Source: Epiperipatus broadwayi
Taxonomy: Eukaryota > Animalia > Onychophora
Reading direction: 5' to 3'
NCBI GenBank assembly: GCA_028023455.1
Contig: JAQFVV010000009.1
Coordinates: 12,400,001-12,464,000, forward strand
Length of the DNA: 64,000 nt
Shown: in pieces, positions 14,017 to 27,900 of the stretch
How the letters are laid out: each line of letters opens with the position of its first letter
Numbering within the stretch: position 1 is the first letter of the stretch
Notes under the pieces: generated by a model
Told to the model about the DNA's origin: nothing
Database searches by the model: none
Seen by the model: only the letters and a program-made list of their open reading frames with translations
Made by a program: the position numbers and the translations under genes

Positions 14017-17000
14017 ATATCCAATAAAGTAAACATTTATATTATTATTATGTTTCAGAATCACATGATCATTTCATGCATGAAAACCTTCTGATAAATA
14101 TAACCTAATTAAATTGCTATTTAACAAATAGGATATTCTGCAGCTAACATGAGAAGAAATAATTCTTCTTATCTATATACCTGTATATATATCAATAAAC
14201 ATTATGCCTAATTAATATAACGGTGTCAGTAATTTGTATTTATTTTTTTATTAACTTCATTCATTTTTTAGTTGTTGTTTTTTTTTTTAACGAAATTGAA
14301 TTAATGGATTTTCTAGGCATTTTTATTACTTTTTATTTGATATATATTTCATACTGCAAGAATCTTTTTTTTTTTATTAGTTAATTATTATCAAGTAATT
14401 AGCCATTTGTAAGACATTAAAAAAAATCCATGGATTGAAATGTCTTATATTGCTAAAATAATGAAAAATAAATTATCTTATGAATAAAGAATTCAATATA
14501 GATTTACAATGTAGCCTTTCATTAAATAAATTCATTAATAATTTGAAAACAAACATGAAAATAATAAGGCACAATTGGTGTATGCCCTGGGTTGCCAAGT
14601 TTGTTAGGCTGCATATTATATTAGCAAATTTGAAGATAAAAATGCCATAATATGTTCATTTATATAAATAATACACACAGTTTTGTATATTTTTCAAACA
14701 TAAGAAAGAGATTAGTCATTTAATAATTTTTATTAGTCATTCATTCCAATAGTGAATAATATTTCTGTAGTGTAATTTTCACTATATCACTTTCATGCAA
14801 AGTAGGGTATGGGTTCTATCCACTTACTTGTTGATCCAAAAGTCATTCATTTGGGCAGCACTAATATAAAATGTAAAATAAAAGAGACTTGGAAGAAAAT
14901 CCATGCAAAACATGCTATTAGTATAAGGACCAATAGTGTTTTGCTTTGTCGAGCACTGATATTTTTAGTTTACTTTTGTCAAAGATGCACTGCATCAAAG
15001 CTCAGCCAAGCAATTTTGAGTATTAACATTATAATAATTATCAATTTTTATGCATCTGGTTGACAAAATCCAACAAAATCTATTTCTGCTTGAGCCTGGT
15101 CTTCTATTGTTTTGATGGGTCTTTGACTAAAATATTGGCTTCTATCAATTTTCATCTTCAGGATTTGGTTTTATTTAGATCTTTGAAAGAAAGAATATTT
15201 TTTAGTATATATTTATATATTGATAAGAATATCTTCATGAATAAAAATGTTAATATCCCACTCACTACTGATTTGAAAAAAGGAATTGGGTTATTAATTT
15301 ATCAGTCTTACATATGATGAGACAACCTGAAAGATCATTTGATATAAATATATATCAATAAATGCTTTTCTTATAGTGAGTAGATACTCTTGTAGCCTAC
15401 TGTGCTTTGGAGAATTTAATTAATATGAGTAGAGTCCATGATTTGTATTGATTCTTGAAATAACTTTATCCATTCTGTTAAAAGAAACTGATTTAATGAA
15501 TTTTCTAGAAATGCTTATTGTTTAATATGATTTTCTATCTCCCACTCCATTTTAATCACTACCATTTAATAATATAGCTTAATATAAGATTCATTTATTT
15601 TTAGTAACATTTTTATCACAAGCTCATTTCCCCAAGATTCACCAGGTATAATTTCATTTATGGTATACAAAAGTATCTAACATTTTCTTTTTATATAACA
15701 GTTGTACTTCCCTTATTAAAATTATATTCAATTTAAATTTACATGTTTTATATTTCTCTTTCTATATTCAACATACTTCTTTTCATATTTTTTATATCAT
15801 TTGAAATCATTCAGTTTTTGTATTTAGACTCGATGTTTTCAATCAAAACAAAGGGAGTTTTTTTAAAAGAAAAAACATTAGGGCATTTTTAATTTAATTA
15901 ATATGAAGCTTATCAGATGAATTCTAAGCCATTTTTATTTTTCTGTTTATTTCATTATTGTTTTGTTTAGATGATATCATTTCCACTCTAGTTTTTATAG
16001 AGGAGAGTACCATAAGCATCGTAAACTTAATATATATTTGTATTGTTACAGACGATAGATTATATAAACAGAGAAATAGTATTCCTAATAATTCTCCTCA
16101 TAAAAAAATTGAAGTCAAAAAGAATCTGCTTCCAAATTTAATAGAGTCAATCTAGATCTTGAACCTGTAATAGAATTTGTGATAACAAGTATGTTGAACA
16201 GTTTAAAGAAACAGGATCTACATATGATAAACTATTTGGCATATCTTCAGTGAGATCAACTGATGATTGATATAATCTCTTCACTGATTATTCTATGTTG
16301 TTGATTTATGATATATATGCACATAGAATGAATATGTTTACAAAGCTTGTTTATAATTTTAAGTATTAATAACTTTGGAAACACATGCATATATTAATAT
16401 ACTATGTAGAATTTCACATGAATTAGATTTAGAATCTTTGTTTTTATGGGGCTTTTTAAACTTTATTTGTTTATGAATTAACAAATGATTCTCAGTACTT
16501 ACATAATAGATATATATTACTTAGGAGTTAATTTAATAAGTGAATAAAAAGAATATATTTCTTCGGTCAATTTTTTTATTTTTTGAATATCAATAGGAAA
16601 ATCAGCCTTTTTTTTTCAATTTTGAATACAAATAGAAAAATCAGCCCAAGAGATGTATTGCAGACATTGGCAGTTCATTTGAGGATAAAAATAAACTGCA
16701 CTGTGATAAAAGTCAATGGATTAAATTTTAAAGTGATTGCTTTCATAAATATGTGAATGTATACTTCCAAAGTTATTAGAGTTTAAAGTTGCACATGAAC
16801 TGTGTGTGCAAATATATATGCATATACAGGATATATCAGTATTTTTTAAAATGTTCTAAATATGTTTAATAGAAAATTATTAAGAAACTTGTTTTTTCTT
16901 AATAAAAATAATTATAAACTGTTCTTTTTTACTACTTTTTGTTTTAATTTTATTTTAACATTTTTATTTAATTTACTATTTGTTACTATTTAATCATTAT

Positions 17001-17035
17001 TTCTAAAGTAAACTTTATCTTCTTTCCCTTCCCAG

Positions 17036-17103
17036 GACTGGTTTATGAAGAAGTATGTTCTTTTGTGCCCAAGCCTCTTTGTGATGATCTCAACGAACAT
17101 TGA
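17036..17103 (+). CDS. MAPK14: Terminal coding exon A of a p38 MAP kinase (alpha-L16 helix and C-terminus)
   Basis: Strong acceptor (ctttatcttctttcccttcccag|). The phase-1 frame reads x-LVYEEVCSFVPKPLCDDLNEH*. Human p38-alpha last exon as recalled is [22 protein letters not shown], with the same phase and the same 21-aa length; 11/21 residues are identical. Confidence 0.85.
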
Positions 17104-20100
17104 GACTCCGACTAACTTTGCTGTTCATAGTGGGAAGGGTCTTCATTTTTGCTCTCTTTCTTCTATCTAATAGGTCATGAAGCAATTATGAAATAGACTT
17201 AAAATTAGAATGTCTTGTATGACATTCAAAAATCACTGACACTCATTGATAAAATTCATACTGAATTACTATTTAAACTAATTTTAAGCCCAACTTTTTT
17301 TCTAAGTCGAATATTGTACATAATTTAAAGACTTGAAGTATATTCGCATTTGATTTTTTTTTTTTGCTTTTGTTTTAAAGCACCAACCATTCATTTCAAC
17401 ACTTTTACCCATATTTTGTATATAAAAGGCAATCGTAACTGATAAATTTTATTTAACGTTTATTAATTTTAATTTACATTCCAACAGTAAGTTAATATTC
17501 AACTCTACAATATAAAAGTAAATACCATTGTAAAGAAAGTTTGAATCATTTTGGGTTTAATAATTTTTGCTTGCACATCTTTGGGGGGAGGGGAGACGTT
17601 CACTAAGGGGCAAAAAAAAGTATATTATTTCTTTGTTGAAATTTAGAAATTTGACAATGAATTTTGAGATTATATAATATGATTTATTTTTAAATTAGAG
17701 AAATAAAGTTATACTACCATGATAGTATAACAATCATAAGTATTAAATATGGACAAGGTTAAATTAGTGAATAAGGAGAGAAGGAAGTTATAGATATATA
17801 ACTTTAATATTTTAAAGAATTTGGAAATATTGCTTGTAATAGTGAAGTTGTAAAATATTGACCTGTATATAGTTTAATTTCTTAAAAAGTTTATACAATA
17901 TTTTGAAAACAAATATTTACTTTTTTTAAAGAGTTATTAATTTTTGTATATAAAATGCTTTTTTTAATGATATAGATACTTTATTTCAAATTATCAGTTA
18001 ATCTGAATGATAAATTGAGATAATGAAATACTTTTTAAGAGTTTGGTCAGAAACACTTTGTAAAATCATTAACAAATTGTATTTGAGATGAAATGTTTCA
18101 TTTAAAGATTACAAAATGTTTAAGTGCCCAAATTTTTTATGCTGTAATGCTATTTATAAGCCTTAAATTTTCTACTCATTAAAGTTCACAATAGTAAAAA
18201 AATTTCATTTGATCTTAATGGTATAAAATATTTATTAAAGTTTTTAATGCTACTGAAAATAGTGAGATATCAAAATAAATTGTGTTAAGGGGATGGAAAA
18301 CAAATGTAACTAATAAGTTTTCTCACTTGGTTATAGAACTTCTAGGCATAGTTAATAAATCTGCCTTTAGGCAAGGAACTTAATCATACATATGTGCATG
18401 CATATGTATATATGAAAGTCTACTACATAAAATGTCTTCTACATAAGTTAAAAAAGAATGCTATTTTTGTTTATATTATGCATTGATTTTGACCCATTAA
18501 TTACATCAAAGCTGTGAATAGTTCTAATTATAAAATAAAACCATATAATATTTAAAAAATTAAATTAGTAAACTTGAATTGTGCTGGTAAGTATTAAATA
18601 CTGATAATTTATGTAAGCTAGGGATAACTGCCATCAGAAAATGATGAATACTCAATCAGAAATAATCTACATATCCATATACAGACTACTTGTTTGACCA
18701 TAATGATTTATGTAAATTTTGCAGATTCAGCTTTCTTTTTTTTTTTCACTAACTTAAAAACTCAAATTTACAAAATTCTGCCACAAATCTGATTAATTCT
18801 TGATAATACTCTCTTGTCTAATGTTCTAATGGCCTATTAAAGTAATATGAACTTTGTTGTTACTTATTCTTTATAATAATAAGCTTGAAATTTGTGTCAC
18901 TTAATTTTAATGAGATAATAAATATATAAGTATTTTTTGTCACTTCAGATTATATATAGCATTAACAGAAGTTATTCAGTATAATATGATTGTATTTAAT
19001 GATCATAAACTTTAAGAGGGACTTGTGTATATATAACCATATTCACATACATGTATAAGTATAAAGACCTGCATATACATGTATATATACATATTTAAGC
19101 TCATATATACTGAAGTGTTATTTCTTTATGAAGTAGAGAACTATCTCAAAAGTCTCTCATTTACTAAACTACTCTGTCAATGTAAATTGGTTTTCATATG
19201 TTTTTAATCCCAGCCATTATAGGTTAACAAATCAACAACTGCAGTCCATAACTTTTCCAGTCTATAGCTTTTCATTTTAATAGTCATATAGTTTCTGTGT
19301 ATTTATGGATAATTATGTGCTTACAATCTAAGATGAGGTCGGGACAAAATTTCATTATTATGTAGATACTTAAATTGCTTTCTGCAGTTGCAATTTTTAT
19401 TAATATGTAAATTACGTTTTTGATATCAGCACACTTAAGATCTAGAGTCCACAGAAATGTATTAATATTCATATTATCTTAATTTGAAGACTCTAATAAA
19501 TATGGCAAATCGTACTTATATAATAACTTGGCTTTTTTCCTTTTAAATTTATTTGCAACTTTTAATAGATATACTAAAAATAACATTGATTTAGATTGAA
19601 ATTATCGAATCAAATGGCTCTGATAGCGTAAATATATTGTGTGTGCATATATATATAGAAAAAAATAAAAGCAAATTTAAATATTAATTAGAATATGTAA
19701 TGTATATGTTTTAAAATATGCATTTTATAAAGAAATTTCTTTATTATTCCCAACTAGATTTTGTAATAATTTTTTTAATCTAGTTTCGATATAAAAATGA
19801 TTTTAATTTTGTGGTTGTATATACATGTATCTTCACACACCCTTCCATTAATAAATAGGTATTTCATAAGTAATTATTTACTTAAATATCTGAGATATAA
19901 ACATGTGTTCTTGGCAGGTTTTGCAAGAAATATTTATTTTTGTATTTGATAGTGAAGTTCATAGCTTCTGTAACAAATCATTGAATCTTGTGAGAAACCA
20001 AATCATTTTTAGTCAAGTTTGTCATACTGATCTTGCATTTCTTTAAATAAAGTAACTGACAATATTTTATGTTGGTAAAGATTTCCACTTCACATTTAGA

Positions 20101-22957
20101 CTGATGGATCATACATATTAAATTTTTTTAATACATTTAAATTATATACACTATGGTACAAATATCATTAGTGAATCTTTTGATATGACTTATTAATACT
20201 GTTTATTAAATTCATTTTATTTAAAATTTTATGGCGTACAGTATTTTCAAATTAAAATGAGTACTGATCGTAAAAATAGAAAAAAATGTTCTAAACTGAT
20301 GATTTCCAGTTTATTATGAAAGTTCATAATTTTAAAATAATTTTATATTTTAATGTATATAGATTAAAAACTATAGCTAAAAATTTGACATTTTGATTTA
20401 TTTGAATAACTTCTATATAAGTCACTTGACTTTTCAAAAGTTTTTTTTAATTAGTAAAGTATGTATTTGTTTAATTTTTTTTAAATATGTTTTCAGGATT
20501 TTTAATTGAAAATAATTTGTAGTATTTTATTCATTAATTATATCTATGAGGAATAATTAATAATTCTAGGGCAGACATAGGTGATTTGCAACCTGGGACC
20601 CACATACGACTCTATGATTTTCTGTGAAAAACATTTAATTCATGATAATAGCAGCATAATTAAAGATGCTACATAAAACTTACATTAATTTTTTTTAAAA
20701 ATAATTATATTTTGGTATTTTTATTTGTGAAAATTTTCTTTTAGTTACATGGTCCAATTTATCATGAGAATATATCATGATATCCATTGCTTGAAAAAGA
20801 TTGCCTGTGTGTGCATATTCTAGAAACAGAAAGTTTTTTTTTTTTTTTTGTGGATGTTTAATAATAAAAATTAACTAATATCAGAAACATATCAGTATGC
20901 TGGTAGATTTTTGGTATTCAGTTAATGTGTAAAAGTGATGCAAATTATATTTAAAAATATTTTTTTGGTATGATTTGACTTATGTAGTAAAGATTATGAG
21001 AAATATTTGAGGATTTTTTCAATAATTAGAGCAAAGTATATTGAATTTTCAATTATAAATATTTAAAATCATTTTTTAAATCCTTTTTAATTTTTTTTTT
21101 TTTTTATTGCTTGCAATATTTCCATTTTCAGAATTTTATTGTAAAATTAATAAAAAACCACTCAAATTAACTTTAATTAGCAATAATTTATTTTATTATT
21201 TTAAGATAGTTGGGGTTTTTTTCCAGAAATCTATTTATTATTTTCTAATTAATAATATATTTAAAATATAAATATATTTATTCTTTTTGTTTTTATAAAG
21301 ATACATTATACCTAATTTTGTATAAACTTTGACAAAAAATTTTTGCTCAATTTGGTTGATATGTTTTTTTTTTCTTTCTCTCTTTCCTAATATCTATTTA
21401 TTTTTTTCAAAAGCAAAATGTTGTTTTTTAACTTGTCTTACTACTAATAAAATATCATGGACTAAACCTTTAATTCTTATAAAAAATAGAATTTAATTTG
21501 TATTTATTTTTGTTTATAAAGTATAAAAAATAAACTACTTTTTAATCTTTTATTTGAAATTTATTATTATTATTATTATGTGTGTCAATTTTGATTTATT
21601 TTTAATTTTCAACTGAATACCTTTGGGTTTCATATATCAGCCTGCTTTAAAAGTTCTATACAGTGGTAATATAATCCTGTATGATTTAATGCAGTTATAC
21701 AGTGATGGAGCCTGGAGCTCAAGGTTCGTGGATTGTGGATGGGATTCTATCACTTCTGGTGCTCAAAATTTTTATAAATTCCTGAGCAGTAAATTATTTA
21801 ATTACTTTAAATTGTATTGTCCAACTTTCTCTGAAAGCCATATGTTACCTTCCACTATTAGATTATAATGAGATTACTAAAATATATAGGAATTCTCAGT
21901 TAGTTTCAAGTTATTACATGGGTTGAAATAATAAGCAGTTGCCTTTGTCTGGAATAATTAGAAACTGATCGCCAAGTCTAATGAAACCGCTTGCATATCA
22001 ATCTATTTACTACCTATCTTAAATAGTCTTTGTAACAATAGATAGCACAACTATAGAAATTGAAGTTTTAGAGAAAGATGTTTGACTACTTTTTTACTTA
22101 TCTTAAATTATTTATGTATGTGTATATATATATATATACATTTTACAGAATGTCAGTACATCATGTAAATAATATTGATCTGTTGACTTATTAAGCTGAA
22201 GATTTCAATTGCATTCTGAAGTATAATTAGTATTTGCAAAATATGAATTCTTTTCATGTTTGTTGGAATTTTCTAATCACCTCAATGGTTCTTAGATAAT
22301 CTTGAGATTATTAAATGGTGTTTGATGTTATGTGATGTTTTGCATTAAAAAACAAAAAGAAAATGTCTTCCCTATGTACTTAATTGTAAATATATTTGAT
22401 ATCTGATAAAGTATTTATATGTATTCAATATTGTTATATATATATATTCCCATGGAATAATGTTTCCAATGTATAATAACAACTTATGTTTTCAGTTTCT
22501 TGTTTTAGACATAACTTATTCTAAACTTTGCAGTCAATATATTTTAAAACATTTTATTTTACCCAAGATTTATTGAGTTAATTCTTTCCATTTTTTTCTA
22601 ATGTTGAATTAAATAATATTATAGAAAAATCAATGTTTTAGAAAATTACATTATATTTATATGGAAGTTCATAAATTCTAATTATGAAATTGAAGAATAT
22701 TGAATAAATTTTTTGATCAAAAAATAAAGTGAAGAAAATAATGTATTTATTTTAATTCTTTTTTTTTCTTAAAAAGACATATTTTTGAATTATAGTGTAA
22801 GTTTTTAACTATTTATTTGCATATACATGAAATTTTTAAAAATGTTATTGAACCATGTGAATATGTATGCTGTTTAAACAATAATACTACAATGTCTTTG
22901 TGCTTTTTTTATATGTGATATAGAGCTCGCAAAATAAGCTCATAATAAGCTTTTTGA

Positions 22958-23020
22958 GAATATCCTCAACTCCAGACTGGTTTCTGCTTCTGGCATCATC
23001 AGTGAGGTGCCATGATATTC
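22958..23020 (-). ncRNA. Minimal type I hammerhead ribozyme (copy 1)
   Basis: The minus strand reads gaauauc-auggca-ccuca CUGAUGA ugc-cagaa-gca GAAA ccag UC uggag-uugag-gauauuc. This gives the core, a 3-bp stem II, a 1-bp stem III with tetraloop, and stem I with an internal loop and a 7-bp extension. Cleavage is predicted after GUC (plus coordinate 22975). Confidence 0.75.
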
Positions 23021-23368
23021 AGCATTAGATTAAAAACACTAGGGCAAGCCCAGCACTTTATCTAATGTATAACTTTTTTTTATATGTTTATTATCTAATA
23101 TATAACTATTGAGTAGAAAATCTGAAATTGTCAGACATTCATATGTCTTCCAATCCAGCTATCTAACTCAAATAGCTATATGGGACTGAACTAAGTTCAG
23201 ATACACCATATATTAATAGCTTTAACAATATAAAATCGCCAAAGCCTTAATAGCAAAAAATAAAATGATAAAAAATCAAGTCAGATGTCACATGACTTAA
23301 TTTAATAAAGCTTGTATTTACAAATGTTATATATAGAGCTCGCAAAATAAGCTCTTAACAAGCTTTGA

Positions 23369-23431
23369 GAATATCATCAACCCCAGATCGGTTTCTGCTT
23401 CTGGCATCGTCAGTGAGGTGCCAGGATATTC
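23369..23431 (-). ncRNA. Minimal type I hammerhead ribozyme (copy 2)
   Basis: The minus strand reads gaauauc-cuggca-ccuca CUGACGA ugc-cagaa-gca GAAA ccga UC ugggg-uugau-gauauuc. Stem I is fully paired with one G:U. Cleavage is predicted after AUC (plus coordinate 23386). Confidence 0.78.
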
Positions 23432-23459
23432 AGCATTCGATTAAAAATACTAGAACAAT

Positions 23460-24330
23460 TTAAAACTTCAACTGTCTAATCTACTATTATCTTTTCTAAC
23501 AATACCAATTCCATTTCAGTCTCTTAATTCTTTCAATGTTGGCAATGATACCTGTTATTTCATTTTTGATCTCTTCTTGTTATTTCTAATATATATTTAT
23601 TCATATTTCATTGAATAGTCTGAAGTCTGTGTTGGTCTTTTGTTATATATCAAAGTCTCAGATCTTTAAGTAAGAACTGATAGAATATATATATATTTAA
23701 AAGTTTCCTTTTCAAACATATAGACATATTTCCTTTTAATACTTAGTTCTACCAAAAGCATTCAAGTTTAATTCTATGATTAATTTTATCCATTAAATTC
23801 TCATCTGTATCAATAATCTGACCAATGTATTTGTAGTTATTAACTTTTCTAATTCATGATTATCAATCTTTATTTTCTTCTATTGAACATTACTTGAATC
23901 TAATCATATTTTCTTTCTTTTATATGGTAAATTTTACAACATTTCCTGAAACTCTGAAGCATTATTTGCAAAGCATTAAAAATCATCTGCAAAATCTAGA
24001 TATATTTAAATAGTCTATTATTTTTTTAGCTTCCCATTTTAATCCACAAAATAGTTTTTGTAAAACTTGTAAAAAGTTTTGGAGATATGAAATTATACGG
24101 ACATATACCCCTTTCAACTTTAATCTTTATAACATTCCCATCCTGATGTAATTACTACTGATGCATTTTGATGACAATATCCTGAGTTTTTAACCTGATA
24201 ATCCAAAGCATAATAGCAATTCATATTCATTGATTCTACTCCACTGTAATAAAATCTCATTTAAATCCAGCTTATTCTTTTGGTTAATTAGAATCCAAAG
24301 TTTGCTGTAAACAAGTTAAATATTAGTAAT
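23460..24330 (-). mobile_element. RTE-clade LINE fragment (RT and C-terminal part), decayed
   Basis: Ordered minus-strand motifs: ISPKLFT, LDFADD, ELEKVNNYKYIGQ, AFG, IERIKRLKWNW, all typical of RTE-1 ORF2. Confidence 0.7.
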
Positions 24331-24687
24331 TTGTTCCTTTTTAAAAAAAGACAAATTACCAAAATATAAAATATAGTAACAGTTTATGTATGAATATCAT
24401 GCTAAAAATATATGTAATACATTATATAATAAATTATAGTATAGATTTAAAGAAAAACTTAATATTTTCCATTACTATATTTTTATAATAAATACTCAGT
24501 GAAAGAGTGATAGACTTTGAAGATGAAAATTCTTGGAATGAAATTAATCTTGCCATTTCTGGTGCTCTAATGTCATATAACCTTCCAAGCAATCAATCAT
24601 TTGTTTTTTTATTATTGAAATAATAATTTATAAAAATTATATATAATAAGTTATAATTATATTTATCAAGTGCCATGTTTATTTGTA

Positions 24688-24985
24688 ACAGTCATTAGGG
24701 AATTATCGCCCTACACATGCGCTATATGAAATTATACTCTCTTTTTCTTAATGCAAAAATAAATTCTTTGAAAAAATAAGATGAATCCACCTTATCTATT
24801 TTACCTAAATGTTTATGCTTAAGGTTTGCTGATAAATAGATATATATACATTTAGATAAAAAAGATATAGTGGATTCAACTTATCTTTTCAAAAGACTTT
24901 ATCTTGTGTTTATAAAAAGAGAGTACTCCTCAAAACATTAGAAGTTCATAAGTGCATGTATAGGGCATGATTCCCTAATGACTGT
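24688..24985. mobile_element. TA-flanked fold-back MITE, 298 bp
   Basis: TA|ACAGTCATTAGGGAATTATCGCCCTACACATGC ... GCATGTATAGGGCATGATTCCCTAATGACTGT|TA. The inverted complementarity continues to a ~35-nt central loop. Confidence 0.8.
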
Positions 24986-27900
24986 TAAAAATTATAATAA
25001 TAATATTACTAATTTTTTACTACTTTACTTGTAACTCTCATCTGAAAAATTGCAAATAGTACATACTGTTTTAAATTGCAATTTTGTTTATATTATGACT
25101 ATTAACCATTTAAAATACCAACAACAACAAAAAACATATCAAAAATTAATTATAAAAGTACATTAGAGTCTGCAGTAATTAATTAATTGGTTCCAGAATG
25201 CCATTCAGTTAATCATTTGTTGTAGTTTACATTGAAATGTATATATTTAGGAATAATCTGTTCTAGACTCACAGCCAAAAATGAAACTACTATTCAAAGC
25301 AACCATTTAAGCAAGAAAAATATAAAAATGTATAAAATATTGTGTAACGGTAGATTTTAATGAAAACTAAAATTCATCTTTTAAAAATATAAAATAAAAC
25401 CTAATAAATATTCACAGATTGATTTTTTTACTTTGTTGCAAGATAATATTCAGTTGTTTTATCTGCACTATTAGTCTCACCATGAGTCTGATGAACCATA
25501 CTTTTCTATCAATAAAGAACAAAAAAAGCATTTTTATAAAAGTCACCTCATCAGCGCTATCACCTGCTATTTGTTACTGATTGGTCCACATTGACAAAAG
25601 AATTTTTATTTGTTCCACAATGTTACAACATAAACTACCTAAGCTGGACATTTTTTTTATTGTATGCTTTTTCTATTTTTTTTTTAATGGTGTAGTTAAG
25701 TGATTTTAATCTTATTGTATTCAGAATTTATATCATTGACTTATCTTTTAGAATTTTTTTTTTTTTGTTCATTTTAATACTGATCAATTTTTTAACACTA
25801 TTTTTCTGGCTTATGATTAAAATTAATATTTGTACATGTATAAAAGAATTTTTTAAAAACTAATAACATTGAACAATTTATACAAAAAATAAGTCACAAA
25901 TACAATGAAGATGTTTGATGCTTTATTCAAAACTGAAACACTTGGGAAAGTCTTACACATATATTTGTGTTATCAGACAATAATGCTTATAATATTTTCT
26001 ATTTTACATAGTAATATTCATTCATTTAGCAGTTCCATGTTTAGTGCTTATATTTCTGGTACTTTATCATACTTTCATTTTCAATTTTTTTTTTTTAAAT
26101 CAAAATTAATTCAGTTTTCAAATTCAGCTTTTATGACTCATGATAAAATTATTACAATATATACACCTACTGAGAATATTTTTAAAGAAAAATATGTACA
26201 ATATTTTTTAGCATAAAAGATACAAAGAAATAAGAAAACTAATTGTTAATTGAATTTTAGCACTTAGATTTCTATTATGTTACTGTATTTTCATTTTTTT
26301 TTTATCCCAACATTAATTAATTTTCCGTGTCTGTTTTTATGGTTTATGGCCAAAATTATTTTAGTGTTTACATTTAGGAGAATATTTTTAAAGAAAATAT
26401 GTACAATATTTTTACAGTTAGAAATCAGTAATCTAATTAAATTAATAACTAAATTTCAAATGGCAAAAATATCTGCCATTTTAGTATTCATATATTTTGT
26501 ATTATTTATATAAAAAACAATGTTCATTCTATTAATTATTCATTTTCTTTATACCAGACTTCACTGTGTAAATATTAGGTTTATGACTTGGATTAAGATA
26601 AGGGTAACAATTATAAATGATGTGGTTTACATATAGTTTATTATATATAATCCATAAATATTCATCTCAAAAAATGAAAAATGTTTATACATATATTTAT
26701 ATTATTTTTAAACTTGCAGCACCTATCATGCATATGTGTACATTTATACTACATGACAAATATTGTAATTGAATGTATGAATGTATTGCTAAAATAAGTT
26801 TTAAGAGTAATATATATTTTTGTTCTGTAGATATTCGATTGAGGCTCATTATTGAATAGTGCTATATTTCACATTAAATAAAACAATTACATTTAAAAAA
26901 TAGTCTGAAGATTGTTACATTTTTGTTTATACATAGTATACAAACTTTTACTTTAAGAAATAGCTTATAAATTTTAGAGCCACTAGATCGCAGAGAATGT
27001 TGCTCAAATAAAAACTGCCATAAGCTGATGTTAAAAGTGTTAGTATTGTGTTCTTTATTAACTGAAATTCTTTCCAGACATATCAGGTACATCAATTTAC
27101 TATTTTTATAAATAAAAAATGTATTTATTCATTTCTATTGAAATTCGCAATTTTCTATTCCAATTTTTTTTATCTTTCTCAGTGTAGCCATCTTAATAAA
27201 AAAAATGCAAATTAATAATTGTAAAATAATATTCTAATTTTATTTTTGTGAGTATATAGTTAGTCTGTAAAAATCAATATAAAAACAAACTAAATACCTT
27301 CAATATTGGAGATTAAACCTGTAGTCAGATGGACCATACAATATAAATAATTTGTTAGAATATTGCACCTCTGATAGAATGAATTAGAACTATTATAAAG
27401 GTTGGACATACATAATAGAGAAAATAAATATTTTACTACACTTAATTTTTAATTCAATATTTGAACTATGTGCATGTTTAAGTAGAAATTTTATTTACAA
27501 TTTTGAAAATATCTAGGGTCTGTATTGAGGCTTTCGAGTGCTAGAGATTCCCCATTCCTGACATAAGGGAATTATGTACTGTGTGATCATAAAAGGATAG
27601 TAGATATTCTAGAAAGGAGTAAAAAGATATTTTGGACTCAGATGTCTAGATAGCAAATGCAGTCGAACGTAAGCAAAGCAAAAGACCAGTAGAAAATGTT
27701 TGCAATTTATGGGTAGCAATAGAATAGCTAAAACTTTTAATTTGAATAAGGAAATAATAAACAAAAAGTTGGTTAAAAAGTTAAGATAAAGAATTTAGCA
27801 AAGATTTTATATAATTTATCTGTATAAAAAGTGGAATTCAATGTATTATTAGAATTGTACATTACTACAGCTGTAAAAATTGATCAGGAGAATATTATCA

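Larger units (their letters stand above)
1..17035 (+). other. Intron upstream of p38 terminal exon A (penultimate exon lies 5' of the window)
   Basis: No sequence encoding the expected penultimate exon (..HPY..QYHDP.DEP...YDQSFE...EWK) was found by reading. The region is AT-rich and full of TE relics. Confidence 0.6.
22918..23453 (-). mobile_element. Retrozyme-like unit: two ~125-bp direct repeats (22918-23042, 23331-23453), each with a hammerhead ribozyme
   Basis: The direct repeats are about 85-90% identical by eye and enclose a unique ~290-bp spacer. Both carry HHR cores on the - strand. Confidence 0.7.

Noticed and set aside
12750-27100. Possible Tc1/IS630, hAT and piggyBac relics (12.8-13.4 kb, ~16.2 kb, ~20.6 kb, 25.5-27.1 kb)
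   Set aside because: Only single short motifs (for example VEQFKETGS, or LCINKN...FRLF) without TIRs or ordered domains. Too weak to call.
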